Made by a program: the position numbers and the translations under genes. Under the pieces are notes generated by a model. It made no database searches and was not told the DNA's origin. It saw only the letters and a program-made list of their open reading frames with translations. Below, in pieces: positions 41,069-50,975 of a stretch of DNA of 64,000 bases. The stretch's first letter is position 1. Every line of letters begins with the position of its first letter. Source of the DNA: an uncultured Gemmatimonadales bacterium (GTDB lineage: Bacteria; Gemmatimonadota; Gemmatimonadetes; Gemmatimonadales; GWC2-71-9); assembly GCA_963828735.1 (NCBI GenBank), contig CAWHFW010000005.1, positions 1,888,001 to 1,952,000 on the forward strand, given 5' to 3'.

Positions 41069-41540
41069 AACCGGCGTGACGAGCTACGCGACGCCGACCG
41101 ACTACGACATCGTCATCACGCGCGTGGTGGACGCGCCCCGCCGCCTGGTCTTCGAGGCCTGGACCAACCCAGTGCACATTCCCCACTGGCTGCTTGGCCC
41201 GGAGGGTTGGACCATGCCGATCTGCGAGATCGACCTTCGGCCGGGTGGGTCGTGGCGCTACGTCTGGCGCAAGGCCGACGGCGCGGAGATGGAGATGTCC
41301 GGGCAGGTGCGTGAGGTCGTGCCGCCCGAGCGATTGGTCACCACCGAGCGATGGGGACCGGAGTGGCCGGAGACGATCAACACCCTCGTGCTCACCGAGT
41401 CCGGCGGGCGGACGACGATCACGCTGACGGCGACGTATCCAACGAAGGAAGCCAGGGACGCCGCGCTCGAGACCGGGATGCGCGACGGGCTGAACCAGAG
41501 CTTCGCGCGCCTCGACGCGCTCTTGCCGGCACTCGCATGA
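41052..41540 (+). CDS. SRPBCC / AHSA1 family protein
   Basis: ITRVVDAPRRLVFEAWT, CEIDLRPGGSWRY, PPERLV. Confidence 0.92.
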   Translation: MATATRTGVTSYATPTDYDIVITRVVDAPRRLVFEAWTNPVHIPHWLLGPEGWTMPICEIDLRPGGSWRYVWRKADGAEMEMSGQVREVVPPERLVTTERWGPEWPETINTLVLTESGGRTTITLTATYPTKEARDAALETGMRDGLNQSFARLDALLPALA

Positions 41541-42290
41541 CGGAGACTGCCGAGCGCGTGCGCGAGGCGCTGCGGTGGCTCGAGCGCCGAGGCACCAAGC
41601 GCATGCGCGACGACATGCTGACCCGCTACGGGATCATCGCGCCGAAGGCACACGGTGTCTCGGTCGGAGCAATTCAGCAGCTCGCGAGGCACCTCGGTCG
41701 GGACCACGAGCTCGCCCTGGCCCTCTGGGCCACCGGCTGGTACGAGGCTCGGCTGCTCAGCGCGTTCGTGGACGAGCCGGAACGCGTGACGCCCGCGCAG
41801 ATGGACCGCTGGGCAAGAGACTTCGACAACTGGGGCGTGTGCGACACGGTGTGCTTCTGCCTGTTCGACCGGACGCCGCACGCATGGCGCAAGATCGAGC
41901 GATGGAGCACGCGTCGGGACGAGTTCGTGCGGCGCGCCGCCTTTGCCCTCCTCGCGAGCGTGGCGCTGCACGACAAGCAGGCGCCCGACGGGCCGTTCCT
42001 GCGTTCTCTCGCCACTCATCGAACGCGCGGCCTCCGATGACCGCAACTTCGTCAAGAAGGGCGTGAGCTGGGCGCTCAGGGCGGTCGGGCGACGCAGCGT
42101 GGCCCTGAACGAGGCGGCCGTGCACCTGGCCCGGCGGCTGGCCGAGTCCTCCGACGCGCCATCGCGGTGGGTGGGGAAGGACGCGCTCCGCGAGCTCACG
42201 AGCCCTAAGCTCCGGAAGTCGCTCGCTACGCGGCGGCGCGTCAGTGCAGCGCCGAAAGCACCTGCTCGAAGCGCTTCGCGACGCGCTTGA
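41537..42290 (+). CDS. AlkD-like DNA alkylation repair protein, +1 frameshift near 42011
   Basis: LALALWATGWYEAR, DFDNWGVCD, EFVRRAAF; continues in the next frame as DDRNFVKKGVSWALR. Confidence 0.82.
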
Positions 42291-43197
42291 AGCCGTCGGG
42301 CGACGGGTGCAGCTCGTTGGCCCAGTCCTTCGTGTACTGCCCGGGTTCGGCCGACAGCGTGCCCGTGAGGCGAACGTACCTGACGTTGGGCAAGTCCGGG
42401 TCGGAGGGAAGTGACGACACCATGGCGTTGAACCTGTCGATCACCTCGTGCATGGGGCCGGTGTTCGCGTCGACGCCCGAGGGCGCCCCCGCGTACGCCC
42501 GGTTGCGAAACGCCGGGTCCAGCCAGGGGCCGGGCAGAAGCCAGAACCCCCCGAGAAATCCGCGCCCGTCAGGCACCGGATAATCGTAGCCGTGAATCAG
42601 GATGGGGACCTTGCGGCCGAACTCCCGGATGGACGCCTCGGAGACGGCCAGCAGCCAGGTCTTCATCGCCTGGCGCAGGCGGACGTCGATGATCCGCCCG
42701 AGGACTGCCGTGTCCACCACGTCGCCGCCGGCTCCCTTGTAGCTCAGAATGACGGACAGCTCGGGGCCGGCCAGGTCGTTGCCGCCGGCCGAGAGCAAAA
42801 TGGCCTTGAGCGGCTTTCGCTCCGCCCTCACGCGCTTCAGCGCGTCGATGGTGCCCGTGAACTGGGCCGGCGAGTACGCGATCTCCTCCAGTGTCTGACC
42901 ATAGTGCGCCGCGCTGATCACCTCGTAGCCGTCCCGCCGAAGGGCCTTGAGCACGTCCCATCGCGGATAGTCGAACCATGAATCCCCCTCCGCGACCAGC
43001 ACGCCCGACACGCCGAAGGCGAGCGTGTCGCCGCGGGCATCCTCCTCGTACATGAGGTACGCGGAGTTGGCCAGCTGGCGAGCGCGCTGAAGGTCCGCCG
43101 CCGCCGCCGCTGCGCCTTGCGCCGCGGCGGGACCCGGGACCATCAGGGCGACAGCAATCGGCGCGAACAGTCGGGCCCACGTGGCGCGGCGAGGCAT
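42241..43197 (-). CDS. Secreted SGNH/GDSL-like hydrolase
   Basis: AAGGAGG RBS; signal peptide; LVAEGDSWF, LSAGGND, WANELHP. Confidence 0.82.
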   Translation of the reverse strand: MPRRATWARLFAPIAVALMVPGPAAAQGAAAAAADLQRARQLANSAYLMYEEDARGDTLAFGVSGVLVAEGDSWFDYPRWDVLKALRRDGYEVISAAHYGQTLEEIAYSPAQFTGTIDALKRVRAERKPLKAILLSAGGNDLAGPELSVILSYKGAGGDVVDTAVLGRIIDVRLRQAMKTWLLAVSEASIREFGRKVPILIHGYDYPVPDGRGFLGGFWLLPGPWLDPAFRNRAYAGAPSGVDANTGPMHEVIDRFNAMVSSLPSDPDLPNVRYVRLTGTLSAEPGQYTKDWANELHPSPDGFKRVAKRFEQVLSALH

Positions 43198-43373
43198 GGC
43201 GGTCCTCCTTGTCAGCCGGGCGATGATGGTGAGGTGCATCCATCATGGTGCCCGCTCCGGGTCGCCGTAAGGTCGTGTTTGCGCCACCGAGGGCCCGATT
43301 TGCGACAGCCGCGACTTTCCCCGCCCGCGCATTCGCATTACATACCTGAAGGACCCTCACCGCGAGCCTGCCG

Positions 43374-44351
43374 ATGGCCGAGACCAAGACCGCCAAGAAG
43401 CCCCGCCGGAAGAAGCGTCCCGAGGGCGCCCCTCGCTCCCGCGGCATCGCGCCGGACGCGCTCGCCTCCGGCTCACCACCCGCTGCGGTCGCCCGGCTGG
43501 CCGAAGCCATCGAGGCCGACGGTGGCTCGGTGCTCGCCACCTACCGCGATCCGCTCGGCGGCAACTGGCAGATCTTCGCCGGCCTGCCGATCGAGCTGGT
43601 CGAGCCGACACCTTACCAGCGGGATCTCTCGGACGCCCACGTCGCCAAGCTGTGCTCGGCGATCGACCGGCTGGGCCGCTATCTCGATCCGATGGTCGTG
43701 GTGCGCACGGAGAACGGTGGCTACTGGACCCCGAACGGCAACCATCGCCTCGCCGCGATGCGGACGCTCGGGGCCCGCTCGGCCGTCGCGATCGTGGTGC
43801 CCGAGCCCGAGGTGGCGCACCGGATCCTGCTGCTCAACACGGAGAAGGCGCACAACCTCCGCGAGCGCGCGCTCGAGGTCGCACGGCTGGCGCAGAGTCT
43901 CGCCGAGCTGGACGACCGGCCCGAGCGGCAGTTCGAGGCCGAGTTCGAGGAGGCGGCGCTGGTGACGCTCGGCTTCTGCTACATGGAGAACGGGCGCTTC
44001 GCCGGCGGCGCGTACCATCCCGTGCTCCGGCGCATCGACAAATTCCTGGGGTCGGCGCTACCCAAGGCCATCGAGGTCCGCCGCGAGCGCGCCGCGCGGG
44101 TGCTGGAGCTGGAGGAGGCCGTGTCGGCCGCGGTGAAGGCGATGAAGGAGCGGGGGTTCGAGAGCCCATATCTGCGCGCGTTCGTGGTCGCCCGCATCAA
44201 CCCGCTCCGCTTCCAGCGCGGCGCGAAGGCCGAATTCGACGAGACGATCGACAAGATGCTCGGCTCGGCTCGGCGTTTCGACGCGGGGCGGGTCAAGGCG
44301 GACCAGGTGGCGCGGGCGTCGGGCCCGCCGGAGGAGTCGGCATCGGGCTGA
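43374..44351 (+). CDS. ParB/Srx N-terminal domain protein (orphan, no parA nearby)
   Basis: VEPTPYQR, LDPMVVV..YWTPNGNHRLAA, LNTEK. Confidence 0.78.
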   Translation: MAETKTAKKPRRKKRPEGAPRSRGIAPDALASGSPPAAVARLAEAIEADGGSVLATYRDPLGGNWQIFAGLPIELVEPTPYQRDLSDAHVAKLCSAIDRLGRYLDPMVVVRTENGGYWTPNGNHRLAAMRTLGARSAVAIVVPEPEVAHRILLLNTEKAHNLRERALEVARLAQSLAELDDRPERQFEAEFEEAALVTLGFCYMENGRFAGGAYHPVLRRIDKFLGSALPKAIEVRRERAARVLELEEAVSAAVKAMKERGFESPYLRAFVVARINPLRFQRGAKAEFDETIDKMLGSARRFDAGRVKADQVARASGPPEESASG

Positions 44352-44414
44352 ATCGCGGAATCAGGAGGGAAGGCGACCCCCGAAAGCCTCGCAAGCTCGA
44401 GACCTGGACGCTCC

Positions 44415-44984
44415 TCAGATGCTCGACGAATCGTGGATGACCATCTCCAGCTCCTCCGGCGTGCGCCGCCGGCATTCCCGCTTGAGATCCTCGATATCCG
44501 AGGCCAGAAACTCGCCGAACAGGCCGTCGGTCGTGAGCTCGAACGCCGGCAGGTGCTTCTTCGCCACGCTGTTGGAGTAGAGCGCGACGATCGCGCGCTG
44601 GTCGAACCGGTAGAACGTGTACGTCGGATAGCGGCCGAACAGCCAGATCTCGGCCGGCTTCCCGAACTCGCGCGCGAGGCGAGCGAAGTAGCGATAGGCG
44701 TCCACCACCAGCGCCGGGATCAGCGGTCCGTCATCGAAGTGCTTCTCGAGCGAGTACATGAGCTCGTGGTTCTCCAGGTCCGGCAGGAACACCTCGAAGT
44801 TGGTGCCCTGGCGGCCGAGGAAGGCCTTGATCGCCGCGTCGTGGTTCTCCCGCCAGCGGCGGGAGTGGATGAAATAGACCGTCATCCGCGTGGCCGAGGC
44901 GATCAGCTCCTCGAATCGCGGCACGAACGCGGTGAAGCTGTCGACGCGGACGATCTCGGACGGCGGTGCGGGAATGGAGGTCAT
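44415..44984 (-). CDS. Hypothetical protein, DUF5919 / PLD-like fold suspected
   Basis: High GC3 in the C-terminal 189 aa of ORF 44415-46316; pattern FEVFLPD...EIWLF..PTYTFYRFD.RAIVALY...PAFEL. Confidence 0.65.
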   Translation of the reverse strand: MTSIPAPPSEIVRVDSFTAFVPRFEELIASATRMTVYFIHSRRWRENHDAAIKAFLGRQGTNFEVFLPDLENHELMYSLEKHFDDGPLIPALVVDAYRYFARLAREFGKPAEIWLFGRYPTYTFYRFDQRAIVALYSNSVAKKHLPAFELTTDGLFGEFLASDIEDLKRECRRRTPEELEMVIHDSSSI

Positions 44985-44993
44985 CGAGCGAAG

Positions 44994-46127
44994 ATGGCAT
45001 CGGCAGCGCGCACGGGCAAGAAACCGGACCTCCTGAGCCGGCGGGCGCTCAATCGCGCGCTGCTCGCGCGCCAGCTCCTGCTCCGCCGCGGGTCCATGTC
45101 CCCGCTGGCCGCGATCGAGCGGCTCGGCGGCATGCAGGCCCAGGCGCCAAACGCGCCGTACGTCGGTCTCTGGACCCGGCTCGAGGGGTTCAGGCCCGAG
45201 GAGCTGAGCCAGCTCCTCATGGACCGTCAGGCGGTGCGCATGGCCGTCATGCGCGGCACGGTCCACCTGATGAGCGCGCGCGACGCGCTGGCGCTCCGCC
45301 CCCTGATGCAGCCGATCTACGATCGCGACCTGCGCGCAAACTCGAGCTTCGCCCCGCGTATCGAGGGGATGGACCTCGACACGCTGCGGGCGGCCGCGCG
45401 GACGGTGGTCGAAGAGCAACCGAGGACCAACGCGGAGATCGGCAGGCTGCTGCGCGCGCGATGGCCGGCGCGCGACGCCGACGCCATGGCGCGCGCGGTT
45501 CGGAGCCTGCTGCCGCTGGTGCAGGTGCCGCCGCGTGGTATCTGGGGCATGGGCGGCCTGCCGGTGCTCACCACGGTCGAGGCGTGGCTCGGAAAGCCGC
45601 TGGCGCGTCGGCCATCCGCGACGAGAATGGTGATGCGCTACCTCGCGGCCTTCGGGCCGGCCACGGTCGCGGACGTGCAGACGTGGTCGGGCCTCGGGCG
45701 CCTGCAGGACACCGTGAACCGGCTCCGGCCGAAGCTGCGCACCTTCCGCGACGAGCGGGGCCGGGAGCTGTTCGACCTGCCGGGCGCGCCCCGACCGGAC
45801 CCCGACGAGCCGGCCCCCGTGCGCTTCCTGCCGGAGTACGACAACCTGCTGCTCTCGCATGCGGACCGCTCGCGCGTCGTCGCCGACGAGCACCGATCGC
45901 GGATCATGATGGTGAATGGCATCATCGCGGGGACGGTGCTGGTGGATGGCTTCGTGCGGGCGAGCTGGAAGACGAAGCGGAGCCGCGCCGGCGCGGTGCT
46001 CGGCGTGACGCCATTCGGGAAGCTGGCGCGGAAGGAAGTTGCGGAGGTGGAGCGGGAGGGAGCGAAGCTGCTCGAGCTCACCTGTGGGGCGGTGAAGAGG
46101 CGGGAGGTTCAGGTTTCGCCGGGCTGA
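44994..46127 (+). CDS. AlkZ/YcaQ (HTH_42) winged-helix DNA glycosylase
   Basis: LNRALLARQLL, GMQAQ catalytic QxQ, MRGTVHL, RYLAAFGPAT, FLPEYDNLLLSH. Confidence 0.9.
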   Translation: MASAARTGKKPDLLSRRALNRALLARQLLLRRGSMSPLAAIERLGGMQAQAPNAPYVGLWTRLEGFRPEELSQLLMDRQAVRMAVMRGTVHLMSARDALALRPLMQPIYDRDLRANSSFAPRIEGMDLDTLRAAARTVVEEQPRTNAEIGRLLRARWPARDADAMARAVRSLLPLVQVPPRGIWGMGGLPVLTTVEAWLGKPLARRPSATRMVMRYLAAFGPATVADVQTWSGLGRLQDTVNRLRPKLRTFRDERGRELFDLPGAPRPDPDEPAPVRFLPEYDNLLLSHADRSRVVADEHRSRIMMVNGIIAGTVLVDGFVRASWKTKRSRAGAVLGVTPFGKLARKEVAEVEREGAKLLELTCGAVKRREVQVSPG

Positions 46128-46167
46128 GCGGCCGGAGCGATCGCGATCCTGGCCTCGTCCGCCCGTC

Positions 46168-47631
46168 CTACCGAACCCCTGCTCCGAGGCTCTCCTCGCC
46201 GGCGATCTGCTGCGGCTTGAGATCCAGCACCAGCCCACCCTGACCCGTGGCGATCGCCCGCACCAGCAACGCGCTCGGCGAGGCGCGGACGTTGAGCACG
46301 CGGCCGACTCGCACATCCATCGAGAGGTGCACGCCGTTGGCCAGATCGCGATTGAGCGCGTGCTCCAGGAGATCCTGGCCGTCCGCGAGGATCCCGGCGA
46401 GCTTGATCCGCACCTTCGTCCGCAGGAAATCCTCGATCTGTCCTTGCGCGAGCCAGGCCAGCGCTCCGGTCAGGAGATCGCGCGTGCCCCCGTCGTAGAC
46501 CAGGTCGGGCATGTACAGCTCGGCGGTCGCCGTGTCGTAGGCCGGGTGGCCGACCGCCCACAGGATGCCGCGCACCGAGCCGTGCACGACGAGGCCCACC
46601 GCGACCCGCCCGTCGCCCATGCCGATGAGGTGCAGGCTGTCGAGGATGAGCCGCTGGCTGGAGACCTTGATGACCGTGCCGCGGAGCTCCCGGGTCAGGA
46701 TGTTGCTCCCGACGTCGTACGGAAGCCGTCCCTCGGTGAGCAGGTGGAGCTCCGGCGGCCGCGAGGTCTTGTCCTGGGGCGCCGGCATCCGGGGCGGGTA
46801 GGCGTCCGGCCGCGAGCCGCCGACCACGCGCGGATTGGCCGAAAGGCCGATCGTCGTGACCAGCGTATCGCCTTGCATCTTCAGCAGGCCGATCCGCACG
46901 GTGGACGGGCTGATCACGAGCCATAGGCTGTCGCTGAGCTTGAGCGGCGCACCCAGCGTATTCCAGAGTCGCTGGCTCTCGTGGGGCAAATCGAACGCGG
47001 CGATCTTCGCGTCGAACTCCCGGAGCTCGTGCTGCAGGGCGCTCTGGGCTCCGGTCATCACCTGGTCGGTCAGGTCGATGTTGAGGAAGCTGACCTTGCA
47101 GCGATCGCGGTCCGGGTTCGACAGCGGCGTCACGAGGGCCCGGGTCTTCGGCCGCAGGGTCCAGCCCGGGGTGAGCTGCACCGTGGTCTGCACCGTCATT
47201 CGTGCGCGCGGCGGGGCATCGGCGTCATCGCACGCCCCGCTCAGCTCCGGCAGCAGCGGCGGATTGTACCAGCCGTGCACGCGGTACCGCACGTCGGCCT
47301 GCAGGGTGGCCGTCCGCCCGTTCACCGTGAGGTGGAACGGACCGCGGATCACCTCGAAGGCATAGTGCGCCCGGCTCTTGCCCGGCACCTCGTGGCGCTC
47401 CTCGAGGTTGCCGAAAGTCGTCGGCAGCTCGGATTCGAGCCACTTCATCGCGGGCGCGAGATCGTAGCGCACCGGGACGTCGAGGTACGAGGTCGGCACG
47501 GGCGGCAGGCTGTCCACCCACCTGGAGCTGACCGTCGGCACGGGCGGCGCCACCTTGTCGCGACGGCATGCCGCACCGGTCCCGCACAGCAGGACGGCCA
47601 GGAGGCACCGGCGCAGCGACGACATGGGCAT
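46168..47631 (-). CDS. DUF4403 family lipoprotein
   Basis: Lipobox GAAC; SYLDVPVRYDL, W..L..PL.L.DSLWLVISP, G.P.YD. Confidence 0.75.
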   Translation of the reverse strand: MPMSSLRRCLLAVLLCGTGAACRRDKVAPPVPTVSSRWVDSLPPVPTSYLDVPVRYDLAPAMKWLESELPTTFGNLEERHEVPGKSRAHYAFEVIRGPFHLTVNGRTATLQADVRYRVHGWYNPPLLPELSGACDDADAPPRARMTVQTTVQLTPGWTLRPKTRALVTPLSNPDRDRCKVSFLNIDLTDQVMTGAQSALQHELREFDAKIAAFDLPHESQRLWNTLGAPLKLSDSLWLVISPSTVRIGLLKMQGDTLVTTIGLSANPRVVGGSRPDAYPPRMPAPQDKTSRPPELHLLTEGRLPYDVGSNILTRELRGTVIKVSSQRLILDSLHLIGMGDGRVAVGLVVHGSVRGILWAVGHPAYDTATAELYMPDLVYDGGTRDLLTGALAWLAQGQIEDFLRTKVRIKLAGILADGQDLLEHALNRDLANGVHLSMDVRVGRVLNVRASPSALLVRAIATGQGGLVLDLKPQQIAGEESLGAGVR

Positions 47632-47908
47632 GAGGCGCGCCCTCCTCACGAATCGGGGCGGCTGGCGAGGTAAACCGGAAACGGCCACAAGGTGGGACAA
47701 TCGGGGGCCCTTGGGCCATGACGTGCGTCACGCGACGCGCACGAGTGGTCGCTCGCCCGGGTCGCGCGGGGTGCGGCCGGAGGCGGGTTCCGCAGTCGTT
47801 TCTGGCGCTGCCGAATGCTCCCGCATCACGTCCCGCGCCCCCGCACGACGCTGCTATCTTCCGCGGGAGACCGAGGTACGACGCACGCGCACACTCGAGG
47901 AGCTGAGC

Positions 47909-48898
47909 ATGACCGGATCCCCCTGGACGCTCACCATCGCCGCGCTGACGCTCACCGGGACCCTCGCCGCCTGCGGCGGGGGCGACCGCGCCGCGCACGA
48001 TCGAGACAGCACCGCCGCCGCTTCAGCCACCGACTCCGCCGCTCCTGCCTCCGCCGCCGCGAGCGGGCGGACCCGCGTCACCGGCTTCCAGCACCCAGAG
48101 TCCGTGAAGTACGACGCGGATCTGGACGTCTGGTACGTCGCCAACATCAACGGCTCGCCCTTCCAGAAGGACGGAAACGGCTACATCTCACGGCTCAAGG
48201 GCGACGGCACGCTCGACTCGCTCAAGTTCATCGCGGGCGGCGCGAATGGCGTGCGGCTCGACGCACCCAAGGGCATGGCGCTCCAGGGCGACACGCTCTG
48301 GGTTGCCGACGTCACCAACGTTCGCGGCTTCAACCGGAAGACCGGCGTGCCCGTGGTGAGCATCGCGGTCAAGGGCGCCAAGTTCCTCAACGACATCGCC
48401 GTCGGTGAGGACGGTCTGTACGTGACCGATACCGGCGTCGGGCCCACGCCGGACGGCGGCGGGAAGCACACGGGGCCCGATCGGATCTACCGGATCGCCC
48501 CCGCGCACGCGGTCAGCGTGGCGATCGAGAGCGATAGCCTCGCGGGCCCGAACGGGATCACCTGGGATGCGCCGAACCGCCGCTTCATCGTGGTGCCGTT
48601 CATGGGCAAGACGATCGTTTCCTGGGCGCCCGGCGCGAAGAAGGTGACGCCACTCGGTGCGTCGAAGGGCCAGCTCGACGGCGTGGAGCCGCTCGGCGGA
48701 TCGCGATTCCTGGTCACGAGCTGGGCCGACTCGAGCCTCGACGTGTTCGACAACGGCACCATCACGCCGGTGAGCAACGACCTGCCGTCGCCAGCCGATA
48801 TCGGGGTGGACACGAAGCGCAACCGGGTCGCCATCCCGCTCCTGCTGGAGGACCGGGTCGAGTTCCGCGACCTACCGGCGGCCAAGGGGGCCTCATGA
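47909..48898 (+). CDS. SMP-30/gluconolactonase-like beta-propeller lipoprotein
   Basis: Lipobox LAAC; GFQHPESV, LDAPKGM, FLNDI, GPNGI, LDG, SPADIG. Confidence 0.85.
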   Translation: MTGSPWTLTIAALTLTGTLAACGGGDRAAHDRDSTAAASATDSAAPASAAASGRTRVTGFQHPESVKYDADLDVWYVANINGSPFQKDGNGYISRLKGDGTLDSLKFIAGGANGVRLDAPKGMALQGDTLWVADVTNVRGFNRKTGVPVVSIAVKGAKFLNDIAVGEDGLYVTDTGVGPTPDGGGKHTGPDRIYRIAPAHAVSVAIESDSLAGPNGITWDAPNRRFIVVPFMGKTIVSWAPGAKKVTPLGASKGQLDGVEPLGGSRFLVTSWADSSLDVFDNGTITPVSNDLPSPADIGVDTKRNRVAIPLLLEDRVEFRDLPAAKGAS

Positions 48899-49689
48899 GC
48901 CTCCTGAGCTACGCGGCCGTGGCAGGGTCCGCGCTCGTGGTCGGCGCGGCCGGCGCATGGGCGGTGAAGGGGTCGCCGGCACGGCAGCTCGATCCGGTCA
49001 CGACCCACGGCGAGTGGGTCAAGTACGCGCGCGGCGCGGACACGATCCGCGCCTACGTCGCGTACCCCGAGCGAAAGACCAAGGCGCCGGCGGTGATCGT
49101 GATCCACGAGATCTTCGGCCTCACCGACTGGGAGCCCACGGTCGCCGACCGGCTGGCCAAGGAAGGGTTCGTCGCCATCCTGCCCGACCTGCTCTCCTCC
49201 AAGTATGGCAAGAGCCCGACGGATGCGGACAGCGGCCGCAAGCTCGTGGGCGAGCTCGAGCCCGAGCGCGTGACGGCCGACCTCGACGCCACCTACGCCT
49301 ACGTCAACGCGCTGCCGGCCGTCGAGAAGGACCACATCGGCACGGTCGGGTTCTGCTGGGGCGGCGGGCAGAGCTTCCGCTACGCGACCAACAACCCGAA
49401 CCTCCGCGCGGTGGTCGTCTGCTACGGTCCGCCCCCCGACACGGCGGACGTGAAGCGGATCAAGGCGCCGGTCCTCGGCATCTATGGCGAGAACGACGAG
49501 CGCATCGACGCGTCGCTGCCGACCGTGGTCGCGGCGATGCAGGCGGACGGGAAGAGCTTCAACCATGAGGTGTATCCGGGCACCGGCCACGGCTTTCTCA
49601 AGCCCGGACGCCAGGGTAGCGATGGCCCGCAGGTGGAGGCCGCCTGGAAGCGGATCCTCGAGTTCTACCGCGCGCGGCTGGGGAAGTGA
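48895..49689 (+). CDS. Dienelactone hydrolase family protein
   Basis: IHEIFGL, GFCWGG, YGEND, GHGF. Confidence 0.92.
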   Translation: MSLLSYAAVAGSALVVGAAGAWAVKGSPARQLDPVTTHGEWVKYARGADTIRAYVAYPERKTKAPAVIVIHEIFGLTDWEPTVADRLAKEGFVAILPDLLSSKYGKSPTDADSGRKLVGELEPERVTADLDATYAYVNALPAVEKDHIGTVGFCWGGGQSFRYATNNPNLRAVVVCYGPPPDTADVKRIKAPVLGIYGENDERIDASLPTVVAAMQADGKSFNHEVYPGTGHGFLKPGRQGSDGPQVEAAWKRILEFYRARLGK

Positions 49690-50975
49690 GGTCAGGCGAT
49701 CGGGGGAGGCGCCGCCGGCCCCCGCGCGCGGGAGAAGGTCCCGTCCGCGCGCCACTCGCGCTCCTGCTGCTCGCCGGCCCGCTCGCGGCCCAGACCGCGC
49801 CTCCGTCCGCCGCTCACGTTCCTACTTCCTACAACATCACCATCGTCACCAGCGACACCGGCGCGCACCTGCTCGGCGAGGTGGAGACCGGCTGGCGCCT
49901 GGGCACCGTGAATCCCGTCGAGATGCAGCTCGACTCGGTCTTCCGGGTGGTGCGCGTTCTGGTGGATGGCAAGCCCAACACGCGGCTGTCGCGCACGATG
50001 TACGCGCGACAGGGAAGTCAGGTCCTCGTGCCCCACGAGAAGGCGCCGGGCGATACGCTCACGACCCGCGTCCGCTACCATGGCATTCCGCGGGGCGGCT
50101 TTCGTGTGGGGCTCGACCGGACAGGGGCACGCGGCCTGGCCGGGGAGAGCGGAGGTGGGCTGGCTCCGCTCTGGCTTCCGGTGCCCGCCGGGGACCCGCC
50201 GCGGGTGACCGTCGTGTGGAACGTGCAGGCCTCCGAGGGCCAGCGCGTCATCGCGAGCGGCGTCCTGACGAGCGTGGATACGCTGAACTACGGGCATACG
50301 ACGTGGCACTATCGACTCGACACGCCCGCCCCGCTCGATCGGCTCGCCGTGGCGTCGGGTCGCTACGCGGTCAGCAGGCTCGCGCGCCCGCGCTGCCGGG
50401 GTGCCTGCGCCCCGGTGACCTTGTGGACGTCGCCCGAGGATTCGGCGGCGGCCGGCGGGGGCGTGTTCCGCCGCGCGGGCGACGTGGTGGACTTCATGAG
50501 CGAGCGACTGGGCGCGTTTCCGTACCCCGGTCTGGCCCACGTGGCCTCGCCGCTTCCCCCCGTCGGCCCGCCGACCGCGTCGGTCGTGCTGTACGACGAA
50601 GCGCAGGTGCACGCGGGCGCGGTCACGGAAACCGACATCGCACGGGCGACCGCCGCCCAATGGCTGGGCAACGCGGTGAGCGACAGCGGGGCTGCGGACG
50701 ACGGGCCGTCCAACGCAACCGCGTCGTACCTCGCCCTCCTCTGGACCCGGCAGGACACGCCGCGGCCGACCGGCATGATGCTCACGCGGGACGTGGACGC
50801 GATCCGGCGGCTGCATCAGATGGTCGGGGACTCCGCGTTCTTCCGCGGCCTGCGGCACTACGTCGAGACCAACCGCCACGTGCCGGCCGCGCCGGGCGCC
50901 TTCGAGCGGGCCATGGCGGAGGCGTCGGGCAAGCCGCTCGACTGGAGCTGGCGCGCCGCCGTCGGCACCAGGTGA
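49686..50975 (+). CDS. M1 aminopeptidase homologue lacking catalytic motifs
   Basis: M1-like scaffold (GAFPYP, QWLGNAV, MVGDSAFFRGLRHY, FERAMAEASGKPLDW) with HEXXH replaced by RATAA; exact start uncertain. Confidence 0.78.
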   Translation: MRSGDRGRRRRPPRAGEGPVRAPLALLLLAGPLAAQTAPPSAAHVPTSYNITIVTSDTGAHLLGEVETGWRLGTVNPVEMQLDSVFRVVRVLVDGKPNTRLSRTMYARQGSQVLVPHEKAPGDTLTTRVRYHGIPRGGFRVGLDRTGARGLAGESGGGLAPLWLPVPAGDPPRVTVVWNVQASEGQRVIASGVLTSVDTLNYGHTTWHYRLDTPAPLDRLAVASGRYAVSRLARPRCRGACAPVTLWTSPEDSAAAGGGVFRRAGDVVDFMSERLGAFPYPGLAHVASPLPPVGPPTASVVLYDEAQVHAGAVTETDIARATAAQWLGNAVSDSGAADDGPSNATASYLALLWTRQDTPRPTGMMLTRDVDAIRRLHQMVGDSAFFRGLRHYVETNRHVPAAPGAFERAMAEASGKPLDWSWRAAVGTR

